Source of the DNA: Octopus sinensis
Lineage: Eukaryota
DNA length: 64,000 bases
Reading direction: 5' to 3'
Assembly (NCBI RefSeq): GCF_006345805.1
Contig: NC_043009.1
Coordinates: 12,586,001-12,650,000 of the forward strand
Part shown: positions 12,601 through 23,690 of the stretch, piece after piece
Layout of the letters: each line of letters begins with the position of its first letter
Position numbering within the stretch: position 1 is the stretch's first letter
Position numbers and translations under genes: made by a program
Notes under the pieces: generated by a model
Told to the model about the DNA's origin: nothing
The model's input: the letters and a program-made list of their open reading frames with translations, nothing else
Database searches by the model: none

Positions 12601-15600
12601 GGTGGGTTAGCATCAAAAGGGTTAATATTTGAGCAGTACAGGCTCTCCAATCTGTCAAATCTTAATTTTCTATCTATGTATTGACCAGTCTAATCTCTGG
12701 ATATTTTTTATTCTATATGCGTGTGTATGTGTTTGTATACACATACACACACTTCTTTTATATTTAATATACAACAGTATTTTTAATACAGTTTTCATAC
12801 CCTTCCTTAAGGTCATGCAATGATTAATATGAAGTCACTGGCCAACATAATCCAGCTGCTTTTCCACAAACATACTGCTTCTTTTCTATCATTATTATGG
12901 TAGCTTCAACTTATCATAAATGGCTGGTTTTGTTCCACTTCCACTCAGACATTTCTGACTCACTTACATCTCCCTCAAATGCCTGTATTTTGCCCCACCC
13001 CAAGCCCTACACTAACCTTTATACCCAGCCTCTCCACTCCAAACTGTTGACCCTCTGGAATTCCAATTCTATCTAATATTTTTTTCTTCAGCCATCAATT
13101 TACAATTGTTCAAGATGAACATTAATAGCATCAAACTCAGTGATCTCAGACAACAGAAACTAGAGATATACAAACAGATAGATAGCATATTAGAGAAAGG
13201 GAGAGTGAGTTAAGGAGAGGAAGAGAGTGAGAGAGAGAACACTTAAACCAGCAAATCAACACAGTAACAAGATAGTATTTTAAGAATAAAGCACTCATAA
13301 CTTTACCTCAGAAAAAGGGCACAACAAGCTTTCCCCATTTCATAATCAGGTACAATGTTGCCAAATTCCCATGGTACATTCCGGATACCTTTTAAAATTG
13401 GATTACCTCTCTGAAAAAAGAAACATCTATTTTAATTTACTATGGGTTTATTATGTGCTTTTTAGAATTTATAATTCATAGACACAAAAAGAAATACATT
13501 ATTTACATTTGACAGATATTTGTCCACATCTTGTTTGTTGTTAACACACGTTTTGGTTGAGATACCCTCCAAGCCTTCTTCAGGTATCTTGGGGAAATTT
13601 TGAACCTGGGTTCTCATTCCTAAGATGTTGTTGTTGTTGTTGATATTATTATTATTATTATTATTCAGGCCACTGCCTGGAATCGAACTCAAAACCTTGA
13701 GGTTAGTAGCCCGTGCTCTTAGCTACAAGATTCTGAGCTCGATTCCAGGCAGTGACCTGAACAACAACAACAACAACGGTGGTGGTGGTGGCGTAGTCGT
13801 CGTCGTCATCATCATCATCATTGAAAAATACCTTAAGAATGAGAACCCAAGTTCGAAATTTCCCCAAGACACCTGAAGAAGGCTGGAGGGTATATCAGCC
13901 GAAACAGGTGTTAACAACAAACAAGATGAGGACAAATATCCGTCAAATGTAAATAGTGTACAAAATTCCTCATCTCTTACATATATAACTGTATAAAAAA
14001 ATATCACAACCGTGAGATTAAGTCTTAAAGCTCACAAGGACACTTAATGAAATCTTGTGACTGACACCATTCAACTTTTGATACAAGTCTTTTGTACTGA
14101 GGAAAGGTCAATTCATGTCAACAAAAACAGAGGAAACTGTCTGATCCATGCTAAGTGGTTATTTAGCAAGGTTAAAAACCCTCATGAACATGACATGCTT
14201 ATTGGCAGCGGCAAATGCCGTAGATATGGGGGCCTAAGTTGGGTTCCAGATCAGCCTTGACTGTTATCAACCAGGTTTTTCTTTGTCCACCACATCGCTT
14301 TCGCCAACCCTGAAAGGGTGCTGGGGCAATTGCTTTGTAGATGAATTCTCCTGGTTGATGACGGAGGACGTGACCCAGCCAACGCAGACGTCTCATTAGG
14401 ATGACTTGTCGGAGGGAGGTGATTCTGCACTGGTGTCGCACCGAATTGTTGGTGATGTGAAGTGATATGTGTATGTGTGTAGGCGTATGTTCCTTGCATT
14501 CTAAATCCGAGTTGCCGATTTTCAAATGAGGGGTATCAAAAGATTCAGTAAGCTTTTGGCTACCAAATAAACTATATTTTCAATCACATATTTGCATTAC
14601 AAGAATTTAATATTATCATTTTTCTTTTTGGTCACCAACTGACATTTTATATCACCACCACATGACGATGGCGTCACATTTTATATTTGCATGACATTCA
14701 ATAAGTTTTGCGTAATGGAATTTTACATTGCGGCACAGAACAAAACTTTCAGAAACATGACCCTTCCCTAAAGCATGCCCACAAATAAAACAAATGTGAG
14801 AATTATTAACAGCCATTTCTGAAAGCATGGTTAAGTAAAGGTTAATATGCAATACAGTATCATTGTTTTGATTCTTAAACAAACACAAAGTACATCTTAC
14901 CTGTCTCGAGTTAACTATAATGGAATTACTGTAAGCTTTACTGGTCACGGTGGGTTGAGCAGAGTTGGCACTAAAATAAAGAACAGACCAGTAAAGACCA
15001 TTAGAGAAAGAAACAGTGAATAGGCGCAGGAGTGGCTGTGTGGTAAGTAGCTTGTCTACCAACCACATGGTTCCGGGTTCAGTCCCACTGCGTGGCACCT
15101 TGGCCAAGTGTCTTCTACTATAGCCTCGGGCCGACCAAGCCTTGTGAGTGGATTTGGTAGACAGAAACTGAAAGAAGCCCATCGTATATATGTATATATA
15201 TATATGTGTGTGTGTGTTTGTGTGAGTGTGTTTGTCCCCCTAGCATTGCTTGACAACCGATGCTGGTGTGTTTACGTCCCCGTCACTTAGCGGTTCGGTA
15301 AAAAGAGACCGATAGAATAAGTACTGGGCTTACAAAAGAATAAGTCCCGGGGTCGATTTGCTCGACTAAAGGCGGTGCTCCAGCATGGCCGCAGTCAAAA
15401 TGACTGAAACAAGTAAAAGAAAAGAAAGAAAGAAAGACATTTGTTACAAGTATAACTAATATTTGAGAGATTTCACAAACTATGTACGAAGGCAATCTGA
15501 CACTTCCTTTTCTCATTGCACTTCACATAATTTATGACAGCACAACAGTGAGGATAAGACGCAGACTAGACTGAGACATGGGGAGTTTAATCGAATAGCA

Positions 15601-18600
15601 CTGTGTTAGCTACTTTCATGACACAAATCTGTTATTGTATGAATAAATATGTAGAAAGCATTCAGCAACAATCGTCATTACATTAAATAACTTACATTAA
15701 ATCGACACAGAAAATGTGTCAAAGCCGACAGGAAGCGTCGATGCCTCCTAGGGCTAAATAGCGGTGGTGTAATTCCCTTTACGGAACTGTCACGTTATGT
15801 TGACAGCATACAACCACTCTATCGCTCCACCACTGCTCATGTCTCTTTGAGACATTTAGAAATTCAATATTTCTAATTACGGTGACCAGTGACTAGATTT
15901 CACTGTAAATATATATATTTGCAAAGGCTTGGCAGGCATCTCAGCTAGCGGGACTCACTACCCTGGACTGATGACGGGCAAGACCCAGAAACATGCATGT
16001 CTTCGGGTTGCTAGTCCTAGCTGGTGGGGGTGCTTGCCTCCCCTTTGCAAATATAAAGCCGACAGGAAGTGTCGATGCTTCCTAGGGCTAAACAGCGGTG
16101 GTGTAATTCCCTTTACGGGACTGTCACGTTATATTAAATAAACTATTTTCCAGCTTCACTGGCTATTATTGCTTATTGAAAAATTAGAAGCCTCACTGTA
16201 TACTGACTTTAGGAAATAGTCTAATATTAAAGCGTATAAGCCCCTGCAATGGAAAAAACGGGGGCATTGGAAGCTTATATGCTTGTAAAAACTAACACTT
16301 CTTTTTCCGAGATGAGATTTGAAACTGAATCTAAGGATTCTCGCTTGTCTGATCCACCACTGACCAAACAGGTGTGAAAGAAATTTCTTTGTCCTGTCAA
16401 AATATGATGGATTGTTTCCCTTCAACCTTCGACCTCAGCTGTGTCATTTAAGGTTCAAGTGGATAGGAAGTGACCCACAATCTTCAATGCAGTCAGTAAG
16501 TTTGAGGAACAAAGAAGAGACACGCTTAAAGACAAGAGGCGCGAGCCGCCTCTGACACCACACCGGATGCTACCTTCATCTGTGGACACTGCTCACGGAC
16601 CTGCCTTTCCTATATCTGACTTGTCAGTCATGAGCGTGCATGCACGCAACGTGGACAGTCTTCCTGATCTTCGTTCGCGAAGCCGAGCCATGATGATGAT
16701 GACTTAAATGAGTATAGTGTTCTTTGTAAACTATAATAAAATGATTTTTAATATTCAAATTTTCAAGCCATCTAATATTAGGGAAGTTGAGGCCACCCAT
16801 CAGAAGTACATTAAGGCGTTGGTCTAGGTTTGTGAGTAATTCTTTTGTCTTTTGTAAGACATTACTCAAACTTGCCATCATAGTTTGAGGTATCAGGTGA
16901 GTGGTATAATGTGTATATTACCACGTTGGGTTGCTTTAGATGTACTATGAGTGTGTCACAGACTGCATTCAAATGTAGCAACGATGTCAATGTCGTGACA
17001 TTTTCAAGGATGTACATCGCAACTCCACCGTGACTCCTTTCTTCTCTGTCAGTATATATTGCTATGTGTATCTCTGTGTCATGTATTATGCGTCATATAC
17101 TCTTACTCTTTTACTTATTTCAGTCATTTGACTGTGGCCATGCTGGAGCACCACCTTTAGTCGAGCAAATCGACCCCAGGACTTATTCTTTGTAAGTCTA
17201 GTACTTATTCTATCGTTCTCTTTTGTCAAACCGCTAAGTTACGGGGATGTAAACACACCAGCATCAGTTGTCAAGTGATGTTGGGGGGACAAACACAGAT
17301 ACACAAACATATACACACACACACATACATACAAATACATATATACGACGGGCTTCTTTGATTTTCCGTCTACCAAATCCACTCACAAGGCTTTGGTCAG
17401 CCTGAGGCTATAGTAGAAGACACTTGCCCAAGACGCCACGCTGTGGGACTGAACCCGGGACCATGTGGTTCGTAAGCAAGCTACTTACCACACAGCCACT
17501 CCTACACACATGTAAACACATATATATATATGCATCAGATGTGTGCGTTTACAGTAGAGTATACACAGTATTCTAGTGGTGAACAGACAGTTAATGAAAG
17601 AAAAGTAAAAGGAGGTGTCGGGTGAAGATACATGATACACAGAGTATATTTGGCTATTACATCTGGTCAGTCAAGTAATCAGTCTCTCGCCTGAACTATT
17701 GTGACTTATGGTGCTACATTATGTTCATGCACCGAACAAAACTTAGAGTAGTGGATTTAGGATTAAAGCAAAAGGCTAACTGCTAAAGAGCCAAACTGTT
17801 TATACATGGCTCAAATCAAATGCTTACCTTACACAAATAATGGAATAAGATCGTGGCCGTTGCCAGCCTCGCCTGGCCTCCGTGCCGGTGGCACGTAAAA
17901 AGCACCGTCTGATCGTGGCCGTTTGCCAGCCTCGTCTGGCACCTGTGCTGGTGGCACGTAAAAAGCACCCACTACACTCATGGAGTGGTTGACGTTAGGA
18001 AGGGCATCTAGCCGTAGAAACATTGCCAGATCAGACTGGGCCTGGTGCAGCCTTCTGGCTTCCGAGACCCCAGTTGCACCGTCCAACCCATGCCAGCATG
18101 GAAAGTGGATGTTAAACGATGATGATGATTAAAGCATTTAAAATTAATAGATATATATTTCACTAATACCTTTTCAAAGGATCACTTGTTTTCTTAATCA
18201 AAGGATCATCAGTTTTCTTATTTTCGGATATACCAGAGGAAATTTCTGATGTTGATTTACTTGAGGAATCATCACAGTTTGGTTTTGATGAGGTGTTGGT
18301 TTGGTCATTTGAAGTAGAAGCTTGGTGGAATTCTGGGGGAATGTGTTCCTTATTAGTTGATACGTCTGTCTTCTCAGGTGTAGAAGATTTAGGAGGAAGA
18401 AAGGTCACTTTTGCAGGTGAACTGTTTGTAGTAGCTTTGAATGATGAAATGGAGGTTGCTGTCTTGTGAAATCCAGATGAAACTGGCAAAGGCTGAAAAT
18501 AAAGAATAATTATGCTACCATTATCAATCATATTCATTTCAGGATTCTTAACATGCTTGAATGTTGTCAGGTCAGAAGAGAAAGGATAAAGCATGCCTTA

Positions 18601-21600
18601 CAAACGAACACCACCACAACAACCCTCTTCTTTTAAGGCGCTGAATGACATCCCTCCTCCCCAAACCTCACCCCACATTACCTTCCCAGTTTTCAGAGTT
18701 GGCACAATGAAAGGTAGGTCTAGTGAGATTGTAGAGATGCCTCCTCTGTCTGGCCCCTGTGCTGGTGGCATGTAAAAAGCACCCACTACACTCACAGAGT
18801 GGTTGGCATTAGGAAGGGCATCCAGCTGTACAAACACTGCCAGATCAGACTGGAGCCTGGTGCAGCCTCCTGGCTTCCCAGACCTCGGTCGAACCGTCCA
18901 ACCCATGATAGCATGGAAAACGGACGTTAAACGAGGATGATGATGATGATTATTATATTGCCAGTTAAGGTATCCGGTCTTGTCCTGTGCTGAAATTTGG
19001 CCCTTCGTTTGGTAGAAGCAACAGAAAACCAGCCAAATGGTAAACCTGCTCTTGAATATTAAAAAATGACATTCACCCTTTTCATTTAAGACTTGCAGTA
19101 CCAAACAAGATCATTTGAAACTAGGGGTTGCACGTATAGTGCATTTGTTTGTGTGTGTGTTATCATTAGCATTTTACGGTCTACTTTTCCATGCTGGCTC
19201 AGGTAAGATCCACTGAAGCAGAACTTTTAAAGCAGATGTTCTTCCAGTCATCAACCTTCACCTGTTACCATGCATGGTAATACGTTCCCCCTAATCCAGA
19301 CATGAATCTGCCATTTTTCTGACAAGAGGTTTTTTCTTTATACAGAGTAGAGCATGCAAAATTTGCTTCAACAATTCCGTCTGACCCATGCAAGCATGGA
19401 AAAAAAGAATGTAGAATAATAATAATTATTATTATTATTAAGGCAATGAGCTGGCAGAACCATTAAGGTGGCGAGTTGGCAGAAACGTTAGCACGCCAGG
19501 TGAAATGCTTAGAGGTATTTCGTCTGTCCTTACGTTCTGAGTTCAAATTCCGCCGAGGTCGACTTTGCCTTTCATCCTTTCGGAGTTGTTAAATTAAGGG
19601 GTTGATGTAGTCAACTTAATCCCTTTGTCTGTCCTTGTGTGTCCCCTCTATGTTTAGCCCCTTGTGGGCAATAAAGAAATAAGAACCATTAGCATGCCAG
19701 ACAAGATACTTAGTGGCATTTCATCAATCGTTACATTTTGGGTTCAAATTCCACTGTGGCCAACTTATCCTTTCAGGATTGATAAAGTAAGTACCAGTTG
19801 AGTACTGGGGTTGATGAAAGTGACTATGTACATACCCTAAAATTTCAGGCCTTGTGGCTATAGTAGAAAGGATTAAATTTTGGGACCAATCTGGTACCTG
19901 ATAAGGATTCTGGATTATTTGTTATATTCACTTTACATGAATTATTACAAAATATTCTCATTTTAAAAATCATCTCTGGCTAATAGTTGAGAGGACGTTG
20001 GTGTTGCCTTGGCGGAGGTTTGCGCTCTCTGAGTGCTTTTGTTATTATTATTATGACTGAGATTAGGGTACAAAGCTATTGACAAATAGTAGTATTGTTT
20101 CAAGGCAAAATGACAAACATTGACTCTGATTGCTGTTGCTGCTGTAGCGTGTGGCCATTTTCAAAGAGTAGCGCCAATTTGTGGTAGCTGGCAATATGAC
20201 GTAATGTCATATTGCCGAAGAAATATTATTGCCGTTTTCCCATTGGTTAATATAACTGCTCATATAGGAATTCTAAAAGTTAGTTAAAGAATATTTTTAT
20301 GTGATTTCGATTCTTTAAAGTCAAGTTGAGCAGTTATAAAAACCCTGGATTTTGGGAAAAACTTTAGTGTTTGTGGGGTGTAACTAAACTCCACGACACT
20401 CACTCCTTTGAGACATTGGTTATTTTTTATGCCATGTCCATGAAAAATCTAACAAGTCTTGTTGAGATTTAATATAGCTAGAATGAGGAATTAGCTAAAA
20501 TATTAAGTCGTAATTCTCTACGACAAAAATTACTTTTCTTCAAAATGTATATAAATATAAAAAATGCTATATGTATATAATAAAATAATGTAGAAATTAC
20601 TTTCTCTTTCTTCACGTTCTTCAACTAATTAATGAATGTATTTCTGTAATTATTAAACTGTATTTTTTTATAGCGATAAAAAGAACACAAAGTTATTAAT
20701 ATTTAATATACATGCACGATTAATGTCCATTAGCATTCCAGAAAGTATATTTCTCGTTATGGTGTTTATGTAGCTGGAGTCAGAATTTATGTATAATGAT
20801 AACACTTATAAGTAAGTTATAAGTGACGGTTTTATCATTATATATCCCTACTTAAAAAGTAAAATATATTTATCTATTTCCAAATAGGAAACATAATAAA
20901 GTAGTATTACATTAACAGTAAACAAACCAACCAGAAAATATCTGCTATATAATATAATATATAGAAAAACTTGGTAGTCCGCTATACTGCTAAGCCCAAA
21001 GTCAGTTCTGACGAAACAGATCTCCAATCAAAAGCATTCTGGCCTCATTTTCTTTTCGAGAACAGAGTACTCTAAATTGTATTACCAAGAGTGTCCTTTT
21101 CTATTAAGACAAGTGTAGTTGAAGGAAGATTTGGTCACAATTTCTAGCAACTTGAGTGACCATAAAGAGGCTTTCTCATTAATCCATAGAAGTACAAGGT
21201 ACATAGCGAATTCTTTGATACAGACATGAAGGAATTTGTAATCATTCCAGAAACGAATTGACCTAAACAAAAGACTAAATTAATTATTCTAGTATAAAAA
21301 GAAAACCAGATTTGCTTTTAGAACTTTCTCTATTGACTAATATTACACGCAAGCATCACATGACAATAGAGAAAATTATTCATAAAGATTAAAAGGCTTT
21401 GACAGGTTTTATTGTAAGAATGAATGCAGCTGTTTGTATATTGTCTGTGCAAGATAAGTATTAGACTGACTCACAGGTTTATGCTGAATGAAGCCGATGG
21501 ATAACTGGTCTTCCGACTGTACAATGGTAACTGTTCAAGTTAACGAGGATGATGTAATGAGTCGAGTTAAAATATACAGACAGGAAGTGAGTGAAAAAAA

Positions 21601-23650
21601 AAAAGTAGTTCTATATAAGGCGCAGGAGTGGCTGTGTGGTAAGTAGCTTGCTAACCAACCACATGGTTCCGGGTTCAGTCACACTGCATGGCATCTTGGG
21701 GAAGTGTCTTTTGCTATAGCCCCGGGCCGACCAATGCCTTGTGAGTGGATTTGGTAGAGGGAAACTGAAAGAAGCCCATCGTATATATATATATATATGT
21801 GAGTGTGTGTTTGTCCCCCTAGCATTGCTTGACAACCGATGCTGGTGTGTTTACATCCCCGTCACTTAGCGGTTCGGCAAAAGGGACCGATAGAATAAGT
21901 ACTGGGCTTACAAAGAATAAGTCCCGGGGTCGATTTGCTCGACTAAAGGCGGTGCTCCAGCATGGCCGCAGTCAAATGACTGAAACAAGTAAAAGAGTAA
22001 AAGAGTATAAGGGGAAATGTATGCATTGTTTAATATGGGATTAGGTTACATGCTTGCACCTATGCACTTTTCAAAGGACCACCAACAAGAATTTACGTGG
22101 CCTGACAAATTTGGTGATAATACATTAAAATTTATGCAAACACAGGAGCGGACACTGACCTCAATAATTCTGTAATTAAATCAAAACCCAGTTTTTTTTT
22201 CTTTGTTTCCCCATCCATACACAGCAAACACTTAACATTCCTTAAATTATGATATTTTACGAAGACGCAAAAGATGTTTAATTGCCAAAACTTACAAAAG
22301 TGTTGAATTGGACACTTTAAGGGGAAGCTAAGATGATCCAAAGTATACACTGTAAGTGTGTTTGTGTGTATGTTCATATGTACTGGTTTATGTGTGAGTA
22401 TGCACATATATATATGTGAGTATGATTTTATCGACCGGCCTCCGTGCTGTGGGCACGTAACAAACACCATCCGATCATGGCCGTTCGCCAGCCTCATCTT
22501 GCACCTGTGTCGGTGGCACATAAAACACCTTCCGAAGACCCGCCAGACTAGTCAGTCCACCTGTGCATACCTTCCTTCTTGTGACACTTGTGAAGACCGG
22601 TTGAGGCAAGTGAAATCAATCAAATCAAATAGACAAAAGATGAACATCAATGGAATCTGTATCTTGTGGTACCAGTGCCTGTGGCACACAGAAATCCATC
22701 AGTGCCGTAGTCAGTGCGGTGGCACATGACAAACACCATCCGATCGTGGCCGTTCGCCAGCCTCATCTAGCACCTGTGTTGGGGGCACATAAAAACACCA
22801 TCCGAAGACCCGGCAAGACTAGTCAGGCCATAACCCATGCCCCTACCTGGGACGTAGTCAGTCCACCTGTGCATACCTTCCTTCTTGTGACACTTGTGAA
22901 GACCTGTTGAGACAAGTGAAAATCAAAAAGAAAATCAAACAATCAAAATAGATGAACATCAATGGAATTTGTATCTTTGTGGTACCAGTGCCGTGGCACG
23001 TGGCACATAAGAAAACCATCCAACGTGGCTGTAGCCAGTACCGCATCGACTGGCCTCCGTGCTGTGGGCACGTAACAAGCACCATCCGATCGTGGCCGTT
23101 TGCCAGCCTCATCTGGCACCTGTGTCGGTGGCACATAAAAACACCATCCGAGCGTGGCCGTCTGCCAGCCTCGTCTGGCACCTGTGTCGGTGGCACATAA
23201 AAACACCATCCGAACGTGGCCGTCTGCCAGCCTCGTCTGGCACCTGTGTCGGTGGCACATAAAAACACCATCCGAGCGTGGCCGTCAGCCAGCCTCGTCT
23301 GGCACCTGTGTCGGTGGCACATAAAAACACCATCCGAGCGTGGCCGTTTGCCAGCCTCGTCTGGCACCTGTGTCGGTGGCACATAAAATCACCCACTACA
23401 CTCTCGGAGTGGTTGGCGTTAGAAGGGCATCCAGCTGTAGAACACTGCCAGATCTGACTGGACTGGTGCAGCTTTCGGGCTCCCCAGACCCCAGTTGAAC
23501 CGTCCAACCCATGCTAGCATGGAAAGCGGACGTTAAATGATGATGAGATGATGATAGTTGTACAAATTACATGTCCTTAAACTTGTTTGTGTTCATCTGG
23601 GTCAGTACATACATGTGATTTTGTATGCGTGCCCACCATGAGTGTTAATC

Positions 23651-23690
<40 letters not shown>

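Noticed and set aside
21001-21020. CTGACGAAAC and other isolated CTGANGA hits (27721, 55186, 59246)
   Set aside because: There are no stem II or stem I helices around them, and they fall in known repeats or occur by chance.
21082-21270. 62-aa minus-strand ORF as an extra ERCC1 exon
   Set aside because: Exon 1 joins exon 2 in phase without it, and it has no ERCC1 similarity or clear splice sites.
23093-23400. CRISPR-like appearance of regularly spaced GC-rich repeats (also 10500-10680)
   Set aside because: The 62-bp units are contiguous and near-identical with no unique spacers, there are no cas genes, the context is eukaryotic, and they derive from an RTE 3'UTR.
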